From Nageia nagi (taxonomy: Eukaryota; Plantae; Pinophyta): a stretch of DNA of 64,000 bases. Below, in pieces: positions 13,500 through 25,713 of the stretch. Position 1 is the stretch's first letter. Each line of letters starts with the position of its first letter. Made by a program: the position numbers and the translations under genes. Under the pieces are notes generated by a model. The model saw only the letters and a list, made by a program, of their open reading frames with translations, was not told the DNA's origin and ran no database searches. Location: assembly GCA_050084985.1 (NCBI GenBank), contig JBITNC010000002.1, positions 35,526,001 through 35,590,000 of the forward strand. Direction: 5' to 3'.

Positions 13500-15435
13500 C
13501 TTGAAGGAATCACTTGCTAACAAAAGAAAAATTTCTGGGGAAGGTAATAATTTGATGGAACACATAATCAAAGACTGAATCAGGAATTTATGAATCAAAC
13601 AATACACTCATATTTTGGATTACCATAGTTAGAAGGATGGTTAAAATCTTGAAGTTTGAGACAATCAATATTCAAAATTTGAACCTCAGGAATGCCAGAA
13701 ACGTTTTATTGTAGGCTGTTAGAGCTTTTTAACAAAGTCACAAATGTTTAAGAGATAGAGCAGTTAAGTAAGATTTGCTTTTCATTGGTGACAAATAGTT
13801 TTTGTCACTTATGTGACTTGATGCATCTAACTCAATTCATTAAACTCTAAATGAGAGGATGAATGCTATAACAACTTAGAGGTTGGTGAATCATCTACCT
13901 CACTTGGATCTGGTTAAGGAATTGTTGAACAATATCCTCTTTATAGAGCTCCTCCTCATTAAATCCTTTTCTTACTAAAATTTGTCAAAACTTGATTGGA
14001 TAGCTTCAAGATAACTCTAGTTGTTTTAGTGGATCATCACCACTTTGTACAACTATTATAAATTTGGATTTCAAGTCCATAATCATCTCGAAAAGGATTG
14101 GATCATTAAAGACATCTCCATTTTATTCTAGCTGATTTAGGAGAAACATGCATTCAATTGTTGGAACTCCATTAGTGTGTAGTGGGTATTAAATTGCTCT
14201 TGAATCAGTGGAAGTTGTTTTTTATGGGTTTTTTCCCTACAAACCTCTTTGTATTTCATCTTCCTAAACCAAGGCATCCTATATAGTTCTTCCATATCTT
14301 TACTGCTTATTGAATTTGATTGAATAGATGAACTAAAGGATGCTAGATTCATTGAAATATATTGATTTTCTTCCATTGAGCTGATATATGGAGTTGGTGT
14401 GTTATAACCGTTTACTAAGAAATCTTTCTCTACTTGGCATGTATTAGTGGAATATGATTGAACAAGTTTGGTAGGAGCCGCACCACGTACATTGCTTTTC
14501 TGATATTATATGCATAATTGTTTTGCTTTCGAAAGCAACTCACATCCCTTCTCTTCATCTTTCTCAATTGATAAAAAAATGTAGAATGAAGAGTTATGGG
14601 CTTGAATAACACCATGTTGCGTTTTTTCTGTAGTAGTTATGAGTTTGAATAACACTGCATTAGGTATTTTTGTAGTTGTCATTTTCTTTCGTTTGTTTTT
14701 GCATCCCTAGTTTTTCAATTACTGCAGATAGCAATAGATGTTTTTCTAGAATTATTGTCCTTTGTTGGAGAGCATCTAGGGTTGTATAAGGAACTCTCAT
14801 GAGTTGCATTCTTAATGTGAATTTCTCTCTTGATTTGATTGCATTCATTCAGAAGCAAGTGATCAATTTCACACTTGGTCGAAATTCCTCTTAAAGCATA
14901 CAAAAAAGTTCATTTAAATCTACATAAGACTTCGCCCACTCTCATTTTCCCTTTCTGCTATAGTAAGTTGATGCAACATCTCTGTATCACTAGTAAGGGT
15001 GTAAAACCTATCCTCAAAATTTTCCCTTTATTCTTGCCAATTCTTTATTGATGCCAAGGGTATCCCATAAAACCATTTAATAGCAATTACTTCTAAGGTT
15101 TGTATGGATAATCTAACCATGACATCTTCATGTATGACTTCTAAGATGGCACCTCCACTCAAAAATGAATTGATACGCTTCTCAAGATGTATAGTTTCAT
15201 CATTTAAAAATTTAGGTGGAATTCTTCTTATTCTTTAGGAAGCTCATGGTATGTTAGTAATTCAAGTGGTTTGATTATATTTCCTGCAGAAAGTATGAAG
15301 GAAGCTTTAAAAGTTGACTTTGCACTCATTTGCTATCCAAAGTTGAGTCTCTGATTCTATGTATGAATATTCTTTCCTTATGCATATGAAATTCAGAAAT
15401 AAAAAAGATCCATTTATTCCCAAACAGAGCTGCCA
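13500..15435 (-). mobile_element. Ty3/Gypsy (Tat/Ogre-like) gag remnant with PBS-like site
   Basis: Minus strand 15220-15005 reads PPKFLNDETIHLEKRINSFLSGGAILEVIHEDVMVRLSIQTLEVIAIKWFYGIPLASIKNWQE*RENFEDRF (Retrotrans_gag-like). TGGCAGCTCTGTTTGGGA at 15435-15418 lies 3 nt after a CA and resembles the Ogre tRNA-Arg PBS. Confidence 0.7.
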
Positions 15436-15438
15436 CTT

Positions 15439-18250
15439 TGGTTACCTGAATTTTGTGTCTCCACAAAAATCGGAAACTTCAAGTGATTTCTGATTCCCCT
15501 ATTATCTTGGTGATATTGATTATCACCAAGGATACTAAATAATATTAGGAAAGTTATTTATTTAAGCTGAAACAAATAAGAAAACAATTTGACTAAATAT
15601 CTCTCTATTGATAATATATCAATAAAATAATGACGTGTTAAAAATAATACTGTTATAACAACAGTGACTTTGAAGACAAAGCAAATACTCTAATTTGAAA
15701 TTTGAATGAGTGAAAACAACATAGAAGCTAGCAAGGGTAAGACTTACCCATGAATAAATCTTCTACAAAGGGAAGATGAGGGGGGATCTGAATCAGTATA
15801 ATTACCAAATGATATTAAAACATGTTTTATTGAAATCCAAATCCATATCCTCATATTCATTCATGGAAAAGTAGGGGAGGTAATTTGAGAATCCATTACC
15901 ATTTTATTTACAGGAAAATATAGCCAGAACAGTATTTCATTAAATTCATATTCAAAAAGAGATATCCCTGCCCCCCCCCTTTACATCTACATATATGCAT
16001 GCAATCATGCTAACAAATGTCTGTGGCTCTTGGCCTTCCATTTTTTTATGCAATTATAGTTATCCATGATTGTTAATCTTCTTGCATGTGCGAAAAGTAG
16101 GAAAGGTAATTCAAGCATCCATTATCATTGTATTTATAGGAGAATAAAACTAGAATGATATTTCAACAAATTCATGTTTAAGGAGAGATTTTTTCCATCC
16201 CCCCATTTCTTTACGTCTTTACATATATGTATACAATCATTATAGCCAATATAGGTGTCTCTTGGCCTTCCATTTTTTTATACAACTATGATTATCCATG
16301 GTTCTTCTTATGAAAATTAAGATTATCACTGCAAATTGTTGATCACGATGCCCATTTTTGTTATTTTCTGATGGGCATTATGCCATTATATCTATTATCT
16401 GCAAATAAAAGATAATTTAGCAAGTTGTATCTATAAATGTGGTCATGGCCCACATGCTTCAACATTATAGGAGTCATCTTTTTAAATAATATGAGCCTAA
16501 GTGTTTTAAAGCATAGACGGTCCCTCAAGCCTTTAAACTTTTGAAATACTCCAACCAATTTTTTTATTAAGAATGACATCACTACTTGAACGGAGTTTCA
16601 TGCAAATAATGGTTGAGGCTTTCTGATCAACGTAGGCTGATAGGCTTTAATGATAATTGAGGAGGCCTCGTGTGTATAAGTTGTGGCTTTTAATCAGAAT
16701 AAATGGGACCCATATCATTGATGACCTCAACAAAGATCAAACCATTAAACATAACATGGATCAACAATAGGCATATTTATTGAAAACCGTCCGACTCTAG
16801 GAACTTTAGACTTCTTAGCTTGCAATCCCCTTGTCTGAGTTGGTGACGGTTAATCGTGGCTTAAAAGTCACTTTAAAAACATAGGAAATAAACTCAGTAT
16901 TAGCATTGTGTAGGCCTTACATCATTTGGTCCTTGCTAGGCTGCAAAAACAATTAATCTGACAGTGGTAGAATCTCAAACATGTAAAATGGGCTATGACC
17001 CGCTTGATGAATCAACTCTAATTGAGTGGGTGCCATCTATGTCTTGTCTTCATTGGAAGTTGGAACCTATCGCTCAAACATTTGATATGGGCTTTGATGC
17101 TTGATAATATCATTAGCTATGCTTAATAAATGGCCTTCAGGTCTCAACACTTAATGGGGCCATAGCCACAATAAAATATAGACTATGGGCCTTAATTCAA
17201 ATGAATAGCATATGGCATCATCATCAGATCATAACCATTCAAAATGTTTGGATCCAGTTGTTTGAGAGCCTTCCAAATTGTCTAGGGCTATGACATTCAA
17301 AAAAATTAATTCATGGATACTTTCTTGCCATGTGGCTTGAATGATGTCACCCATCCTTTGGCTAGACACAACATGACTTAGCTAATGCACTTGGTGCTGA
17401 TGTCACTTAGCAGTACAGTTGGTTAAGGCAAGTCATCAATGGTGGTATGCAAATGTTTTTGCGTACATGGGTGTACCCCAATGAAAGGTTTCTACTTCCT
17501 ATGTATTTGGTTGTTAAAAGAGTCATTATGTCAACCAAATATCAAAAATGCTCCTTTAAACTTAGGAAAATAATTTGTACTAATGTTGCCTAGGCTTTAT
17601 TTATGACATGGGCCAAGTTGATGTTAGCCAAAGTCAGGGGTATTCAAACCCATTTCATTTAATTATAGTCAAAGACTTTAGCCAACCAATGATTGTAGCC
17701 TGTTTAGGACTTCAACCATGCTTAGGTGTTGCCAAATGGTGTGGTTGACATCACCTTTCAGGTTAGACCGTAGTGTTGCATAATGTATGTCATACGCCTC
17801 AAGGAAGGTCCATTCTACCCAAGTTGTTCATTGTCTTTATATCAATGGTGGGTGGACTCTTTGATTGACACAAGGGCCAAGCTCATGAAATCTCAGCCTG
17901 GAACAACATGCTGCTGTGGCACAAATGACATCAGGGCTTAAAGTATTTAAAGTGGTAATACCATGTATTATAAGTCATGCTAGCTAGCATATATGCTTTG
18001 TTGGAGCTTTTTGCACTCATGTCATCCTTGGAACATGCCATCTATCCAACAGTGGGTGCATTTATCAGTTTATGAGGACCAAGCTCCCTATGATCTCAGC
18101 CTTCAGCTAGTTGTTGAAACTTCAGTTCTCTTTCTTGAAAACCTTTTTTCTCAAGCATGCTATGAGCTTCGGCCTTGGATATAGTTATGAGCTATGCTCG
18201 ACTAATGGCCCATAGGGCTAACACCTTATGGGGCCAAACCCCTCTACACA
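15439..18250 (-). mobile_element. Putative 5' LTR of the intronic Tat/Ogre-like element (LTR-like repeat, copy 2)
   Basis: Abuts the PBS-like site through TG at 15439. Homologous to 9550-11520 and contains internal duplications. The right boundary is uncertain. Confidence 0.5.
15866..16300. repeat. Diverged tandem duplication, period about 226 bp
   Basis: gaaaagtagg...atccatta...aaattcat...ctcttggccttccattttttat...ttatccatg starts at both 15866 and 16092. Confidence 0.8.
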
Positions 18251-19149
18251 ACCTTTGGGGTACCAGCACCTTACAAAAATAAAAGCATATAGGCTACACA
18301 TTCAAAGTTTCAGCTAAAAATACTAAACAAAATACTTTACAAAGGATTTGTAAACAAAACCATAAAACTTGAATTAAAACCTAAAAAATTTAATTTGAAA
18401 TTTTCAAATGGATTCAAACACCAATAAAAATTGGTGGCAGCAGGACCAACATCCCTTTCATTGATTGTATCAAGGGCACCTCAGACATCTTATTCTGGGG
18501 CTGGTCAGAGAGGTTTGACTACTCACTCAAGTTCACAATTGAAACTACATGGCATATTGCATCACCTATTTTTATTCTACAGCATAGATTGTCAAACGTG
18601 GATATAGGAGAGACATTGGGAGCCTTCCAAAGATATATTTAGTGAGGTCTTTATAGTCTAGGTCATTGACTTGAAGACGTTGTATGACCCTATATGGGGG
18701 GCCTCTTTTGGTGGTTGATGAGGATGTTATCCCTTATACTAGCAATTTGTTCATGACCTCTTTCTCTCAATATTTTTACATGGGACTTAATTTCACCAGA
18801 TTGATTTGTATTTTTTGGCTCTTATATATTTTGACTCCCTTGAGGTTTAGTTGTTTGTGTTATCCACTACTTTTTGGTTCTATTGAGTCCTATATTTGGC
18901 TTTAGATATTTATTGCAGTTTCTTTAGAACTGCTAATTAGCTATTAAAACTTTTATTTTTGAATTCCATTGATCTACTTTGATCATTCATAAATATTAAT
19001 ATAAGTTGCTTCATCTTTTTATTCTGTTATATTTTCTTAATTCTTTAAATGTTTGTCTGTGTTCTTGTTTTCTCTCTCAATTTATTTGAGTGGAATATTT
19101 AGGCACCAGTTGTCCTTTTGGCTTCTGCTATCTACATAGTTACTTTTTC

Positions 19150-21415
19150 ACTCCGTGCCAAAAATGGATTTGAGGATTCAGAGTGTACCTTGGACAAAGG
19201 ATTCCAATGTTTCTACTATATGTGTTTATATGGGTAATTGCCTTTTATTTTCCTAAAGGTATTCCATTGCTAGTCATTGCTTGACTTTTTAATCCACGGC
19301 TTCCAGATTCTTGTCTGAATATCTCTCTCTGATCAGTACTTTCTCTGCTGTTTGTACATGTAGGAGAGAAAAGACTTTGGTAAGTTGCCCATATTGTTAT
19401 CAATTCTGCACCTGACAGTGATATATTTGAAGTCCAGGAGCTGTTCCTATTCTATCTGGAAGCTCCAAAATTACTGAACCTAGAAAGGAATTCTCCAGAT
19501 CAATATTTAAACAGACTGGCCGTAATTCAGCAACAAATTGTTGAAGTCTTAGTTTTATGGTGGCATTGTACTATCTCTTGCATTTCCTATTCTCATTTAG
19601 AGTGACTTGACCCAATATTGTCTGAGAGGTATGTGTGCAGAAACATCCAATCCAAAAGTTTGCATGATAATTCTTTCATAGGATTGAAGGTATTTCTGCA
19701 TTTGTTCTTGAATTTTTCAGATTATATGTCAAAGTTTTCTTCTTGGCTTCCGCTCCATATAAATTCATTTGTTGAATTTTTTTTGTCCTTAGCTTTATAC
19801 TTATAAATTTGTAGAATAATGTTTTCTCCTTCAAATACGAGATCCTCTGTTCAACATCTTCAAAATTCAAGGAGATATTGGATGTGTGCAGTTCCCATTT
19901 TTTATGGTATTCATTGGATGATCTCATTGGAAATTTAGGCTAGATACCTGTTTTTTTTATCCATGTTCCTAGAAGCGGCCTATAGATCATCTGAGTATCA
20001 ACCTTGGCAAAATCAAGGTTATAGTTTGCCAAGGATATAGTTTTCAACACCTTTAGAAAGGATCCCAAGTGGTTCTTTATCTTATAAAAAGGTGAGCTTG
20101 TTGAGATTGTCATAGCCTACACTTATTTGGGTGTTCAACTAATAGGCCCTTCTCTCAACCTTAAGCCTATTGCACATTTCATCTTTGGAAGGGATACACT
20201 TCCCTCTCTACGTGGGAATGGTAGTGCTTTCATATCAATTTCCTGGAAATCCTAACAGAAATGTGGCTATTTGACATCATTAGTAAACCTATTATGTTGT
20301 ATGGCTCAAAGGTGTGGGGTCCTAGTTTGGAACATACAGATAGGGCATAGACTGATGCAATCCGATGCAAGAGGATGATTCCATAATATATTGTTCAAGT
20401 TGAGGTTTCAGCTTTATGCCCTTCATCTTGAATGCCCCTTTAGGATCATTTTTCATCTCCATAACTGAGATTCATGGGAGATTGTATGTCGTAAATAGAG
20501 AGATATGAGTTTCATTTTTTTTGTTCATCAGAGTGGGCTGTTTCCAGGAATATATGCAGGCAATGTGTTTGATATTAAGAGGCTTGGTCTTCTTCAATCC
20601 ATTTTTGTAAATTGGTCCCATCCTTTCAATTTCTTCCTCAATGTATCCCCTTGTCTCTTACCTTGCATGAAGATGATATATAAAGTGGTCCATGAAAATA
20701 TCCATCCACGAGCCATCAAAATCAGTTAGACCTCACTGTCCCAGCCTCCCTGCCTTATATGAGCATTCTATACCTAGCATTTCTCGTATGTCATAGATTT
20801 CATCATCATTTGACATGATTATACTCAACATTACTGGTTTAATGACCTTAGAATCACCTAAAATCATGTTTTGCCAATATGAATCATGAGGGGAAAGGAT
20901 CATCTTTCCAAGAACAAAAGGTTTTGTTTCCCTTGCTTTCTTAAGGAGGTGGAGATTGGGGAACATTGCATGTGCCCCATCGATCATGTGATTTGGGTTA
21001 AGATGATATTGTTTGTTTAGACACTTGAAACATTCTCTCCTCTCCTTTTTGAATTTTCTGCTTTCTTGACCAAATGTGTTTTTCTTTATTTCTTTGGGAA
21101 GCTATCTCATAGGTCTTGAATTTTGTAGGACTCACCTAGTACTCAGTTGAACGCCTCTCTATCTGTGGTTATGCTTTCCAAGCATCCTCTTAATGCTCTT
21201 GCTACTCAGAGGATTAATTGCAGATCAGTGCAACATTGTCCTCCTTCCCAAGAGGTGACATGCCCACACCCTCTTTGTATTACTAGAAAGTCTAGAAGTC
21301 AATGCCCCAACCTACATATCCTCCACAATCTAGGCAGACATGTATCACCAGAGTTTTGAATTCTTTTCATGATCTGGAAAGACATGTATCACTAATAAAA
21401 GTAATTTTGATACAA
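19150..21415 (-). mobile_element. Probable decayed Gypsy gag region, split by a LINE fragment
   Basis: Broken minus ORFs at 20733-20987 and 19676-19927 (RSSNEYHKKWELHTSNISLNFED, weakly like the gag QSVQEY motif). A degenerate Met-PBS-like ttgtatcaaa lies near 21404-21413. Confidence 0.35.
19995..20400 (+). mobile_element. LINE reverse-transcriptase C-terminal fragment (RTE-like)
   Basis: INLGKIKVIV (about 19997), VEIVIAYTYLGV (about 20100) and DIISKPIMLYGSKVWG (about 20273-20320) match, in order, the non-LTR RT motifs VNxxKTKVMVF, EVVxxFKYLG and PVLLYGSEVWG. Confidence 0.75.
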
Positions 21416-21680
21416 GTTATCCAAACCCTTTATACAATTCATTAAATTCATTCAGGGTTTGAGGGCATCCTTTGCTTTATAGTCTCTTAAGAAGTTAACG
21501 ATGATAAAATGCAGGAAATGGTTTGGGTTTTCCATGCACTTGGAAATGCACAGGTGGCCTTTCTAGACTGCTAGTGATATATTTAGCTATTGGAATCATT
21601 TCTGGCAGTTGGCATTTCCGATGCTAGGAAAACATTGTTTCCAAGGGTGTTTTGTAGTTGTTTGAACCTTGAGCAGACCC

Positions 21681-21840
21681 ATCCTTGGGATTCCCCACTG
21701 GAGTTTTGGGATGGGGAAAGACCTAAATGCCTATCAAGCAACCCAATGATAGCTACACATATCCTTGGGATTCCCCACTGGATTTTTGGGATGGGGAAAG
21801 AACTAAATGCCTATCAAGCAACCCAATGATATCTACACAT
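21681..21840. repeat. 80-bp tandem duplication with 3 mismatches
   Basis: atccttgggattccccactgga...ctacacat starts at 21681 and 21761. Each unit contains a TTCCCCA...TGGGGAA inverted pair. Confidence 0.95.
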
Positions 21841-22266
21841 CTCTCACGAGTCATACTGAATTCTGTGGGTTATGTCTAGGGTTCTCCAGTTGCAGTAAGA
21901 GCTACAATTGTCTTGGGATGGAGATAAATGCATTTTCTTATTTTGCCTTTGATCTTTTGGGGCTTCTCTTATGGCCTGACCCACCACTACCTCAGAAGAT
22001 TTGTAGGATTTATCTAATTATTTTCTCCCTGGAAATTGATGAAAAATAACTTTTCATAGTGTAGCTTCATAAGTTATACTGTTATAGCAGGCACATGTTA
22101 ATTTTTCTAGTTAAAGGAACTTTCACCAGGTGATGGAATGTGTTGATTTAATTCAGCTTTTATATTTTTAAATGGATAAATTGCAAGAAACATAATAGAT
22201 TTCAAGAGATTACTCAGTAGAGGAGTTATTGCATTGCTGACACCTGCATTGATTTTCCTTTTGCAG

Positions 22267-22307
22267 ATTCAACTTTGAGCTCTCGTATATTAGAATCGTC
22301 CAATGAG
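22267..22307 (+). CDS. 41-nt micro-exon of the RING-H2 gene, encoding (D)STLSSRILESSNE
   Basis: ttttccttttgcAG|ATTCAAC...AATGAG|GTttgc. The length of 2+39 nt converts the phase-1 donor at 440 into the phase 0 needed at 22472, with no stop codon. Confidence 0.8.
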
Positions 22308-22471
22308 GTTTGCTTTATTTTCTGTGTTCCAATTTCTTATGTATTTGTTTTATAGGTGATCACATTTTCTTACTATATTCTAGAAGATGGTTTCCGTTTT
22401 GATTTCTTACTGGGTAGAAGCATCTAACTTATTCACTAATTGCTTGTCTTTAATTTTTGATTTCTCTGCAG

Positions 22472-23609
22472 GAATGCTCTGCTTCTAGTCCATTGAATCT
22501 TCATACACAAGAATCCTGTGTAACCCCATTGTCTACATTTGGTTCCCAGCCAAGGGAACCTAACAGTCAGTCCAATCAACCAGGTCGGTTCAAGAGACAG
22601 TTTTCTTCAAGGCAAGCATCGGTTTGTGGTCAGCCTTCTTCATCTAAGCACTTGCACCATACTTGCAATGATGATATTGCCAGCACATTCTCCAATATCC
22701 TGATGCATACAGTGGATTCTCTAAACAGTAGCCCCATGCCTGAATCTGATGGGAGGCCTTCCTTTAAGTCAATCGGAAGCAGTCATAACTCATTAATGGC
22801 TTCGCATAATGTTTCTGACCAGTGGTCAATGCAGACTTTTTCAGATCTCATAGCTTCTTCTAGAAGAGAACAGTTGAGTTGGTGTGATGCAGCAAGCCCC
22901 TTAGATTTTGGATGGATTCCTGGCATAGAAATAATGGATGGCGATTCTCTGACAGCAGAAAGGATCAGGGCCAACAGTTCAGAAGCAGTTTCGACATCCC
23001 ACAAATTGTGGTATTTGCTTGCAACATTTGCCGCATAACTCTGAAACGTCTAGCAATGATCTTTCTGTTGTTGCTGTGCTGTTTTGTGGGCATGTCTACC
23101 ATGCAGATTGCTTGGAAAAAGTAACATCTAAAGCATGTGAGCACGACCCATCCTGCCCCATTTGTACAGGAAATGATGTGATATTTTCAAAGCACATGTC
23201 TTATCGAGCAGCACGAGTTGTCGGATCTAAAGGTGGGTTTTTAAAAGCTTTAAGGTCAAGGAGTCAATCTTCAACTAGAACCAAAATGTCTAGAATTGGA
23301 GTCTCCAATGATGATATCATAGTTCCTCACATTTCTTCTGGTGAGATTATTTTGTCTAGCAAAGACCAATTCTCCAGTGATAATGTTATCAAGTTGTCAT
23401 CCAGTGCAATTGAAAAGTACCCATCAAACAGACGCCTTTTTAGAAGGTATTTTTCCTTTGGAGGAAAATCTAGGAAGGAACATGCTCCAAAGGAAGTAAC
23501 TTCGAGGCATTCTGGGGAAAGTAGCGTAGTGAATGACTTCTCAATGCTACATGCTATGAAAGAATATTCACGTTCTTTTAAATATTTCCAAAAACGAGCA
23601 CAAGATTAG
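22472..23609 (+). CDS. Terminal exon of the RING-H2 (C3H2C3) protein, interrupted by a frameshift between about 22953 and 23006
   Basis: Acceptor tttctctgcAG|GAA with branch CTAAT at 22436-22440. Frame 1 carries SDQWSMQTFSDLIASSRRE. Frame 2 carries CGIC...VVAVLFCGHVYHADCLE...DPSCPIC and the C-terminal LFRRYFSFGGK, then TAG at 23609. These motifs are characteristic of the AT2G21500/AT4G39140-like family (recalled, not searched). Confidence 0.85.
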
Positions 23610-25612
23610 CAATTTTGTACTAAATTGGAAAGGGTCCATTTCATTTATTCCTTGCATAATCTATAAACTGTAGTTATGCAATGAAAAGATACTTTTGGTC
23701 AAAATGTCATCATGAATTTATTGGCCAACTAGGCTGCTGAGAAATGGAAAGTTCAAACTTTTTCTACAAAATGTTTCTTTGATTCTTTGCAATGGCCTAG
23801 GAGGGTACACGTTTATGAATGAAGCTTCATTAAGCTTTAAACAAATTTCTTGGTGGGAGCGAAAAGTAAATTGCTTGTACTGTATGTTTTTTTTTAATGA
23901 AGTGTTCCCGATTAGCTTGCTGACAGGAACCCTACTGAATGTGATTTGTGCATCTTCTACAAAATAGATATATTACAATTAAACATGCTGCAACTTAACT
24001 CCTGTTTTTGCCTTTGCATGGTCTCCATCTTACAAATTCCTCGTGACATCATGAAGAGAAATATTTTCCATAACTGATACTGCGTATCTTCTTTGCTTGA
24101 AAGAAATACAATACATTTTAATGTTGCTTTAACATATCTGAGGGTACTACATCTAATTACAAATAGTATGCTCTACTCTTGGTTTTCACTTCATTGCAAA
24201 GAAACTGCAGGTCTGTGCAATCCGTATAAGCACCCAAAAATTTCATTTCTGATTGCCAATGAAATGTCACCTTGTTTTTTTCCTGGGGTGTTACTGGGTG
24301 TTTGGGAAGGCTTAAGATAATATTCTTTGTTTTCAATAGCCATAACTTTATTGACAAAACCTGTTTCAGTTTCGCAAACACCAGTGTCAATGATATTTTA
24401 TACAGTATAATATAGAAGCCTAAGAGTATGATAATTAGAGAAGACACTAACAGCTGACACATGTAGCCAAGGAATGGTAACAAAGCTCAAGACGCCCATT
24501 GCTAGCATGTACTAGTCTAGTGCTCATTCAGAGCAGAATGGATTTTATTGCTATTCAACGATGTTGGTGTTAATTATGGAATTTGAGTAGATATTTAGCA
24601 TACTTCCTGTGCTGCAGAGTGTCTTCCAAGGATCATGGTGAACTCTCTTATTATCACTCTTGGTTCCAAGTTGTAAGCGCTGAGCAAGGTGGAGAGCTTC
24701 TTCTGACCTTTTCTTAAGACTTCCATCTCTGCTTCATTCTGTGTTCATAGTCTCGATGTTTGAGATAGGTTTTGACTCCTCCAAGTGGTGAGCAAGCATC
24801 CTTGCTTGGTGGTAATTAATAAATCTATGACCTCGGTGATAAGAAGAGCATGCAATATCCTGTGAGTGTAGACGCCAAAGTGTACTTGTATTAGTTGACC
24901 ATCGTTTCAATCCTTCATAAGTGTACATTCAAATAATCCTGAAAACAGTCCGTCATTTGGAGGCTATCAAAATCATTTCGGTTTGTTCTAAAATGTGCAC
25001 TATGGTTCCTTTGACAGCATTTATTTCCTTCATGATATGTGCTACATTGCTTTCCGCAGGTTTCATCATCTTATTAATCATATTCAAGCAAGTCAGACAG
25101 TCTATCGATACACTCACAAATTGATTCTTTTTCCAGAGACATTTCAAACAGGATGAGAGTTTGCGAGGACAAGAAATTTTTCTGTAGTTCATATTATGTT
25201 TTTCAAAATGCTACCAAATTGTACTCAACTTTAGAATCCTCTATGATTTCTTGATAGTTGATTGTTTTCAGTTCCAAGAAACTATTCTTCAAGGAATAAC
25301 TTCCAATCATACCTTCAAGTTTTTTTTTTTTAAATCTTTTTCTTTTCCACGACTTTTGTTACTTGCACCAAAACTTATAATTACCAAACAGTGACTTTAA
25401 GAAGCAAGCTATAAGATCTATTTATTCCAAAAAAATACTTTTACATAACTTGAAATTCTGATTCCCCATTAACAATTGGGGCTATGTCCCAAGGGCCAAG
25501 AGGATTGGTAAGAGCCGGCTGTTTACTGAGTGGAGTTGAACCTGTGGCGGAGGAGGAGAGAGGAAGTTTGATAAATGCCTGTTGAGGGCATATCAGCTGT
25601 GCGAAGGAGGTA

Positions 25613-25713
25613 TGGAATCTCGAGTCCCAAGCCACTTGGTATTTTCATCTTATCAAGTAAAGTGGAATCTCGAGTCCCAAGCCACTTGGTATTTTCATCT
25701 TATCAAGTAAAGT
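25613..25713. repeat. Perfect 50-bp tandem duplication
   Basis: tggaatctcgagtcccaagccacttggtattttcatcttatcaagtaaag at 25613 and 25663. Confidence 0.95.

Larger units (their letters stand above)
441..22266 (+). other. Very long (21,826 bp) GT-AG intron filled with retroelement remnants
   Basis: GT at 441. Branch-like CTGAC at 22237-22241, polypyrimidine tract and TTGCAG acceptor ending at 22266. Phases agree across all three exons. Additional internal exons cannot be fully excluded. Confidence 0.7.

Noticed and set aside
441-22266. Antisense orientation bias of intronic TEs as evidence of selection
   Set aside because: The count is small, and the large TEs outside the gene are also mostly on the minus strand.
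22811-22988. Exitron that could repair the RING frameshift
   Set aside because: A phase-compatible GT(22811)-AG(22988) exists, but it would delete the conserved WSMQTFSDLIASSRRE motif and the acceptor has no pyrimidine tract.
24150-25320. Resemblance to plant rhabdovirus N or L proteins (LYGLHR, FDSLQMTDC)
   Set aside because: The matches are too short, the key GHP motif is absent and the spacing is wrong. Kept only as an untested possibility in the findings.
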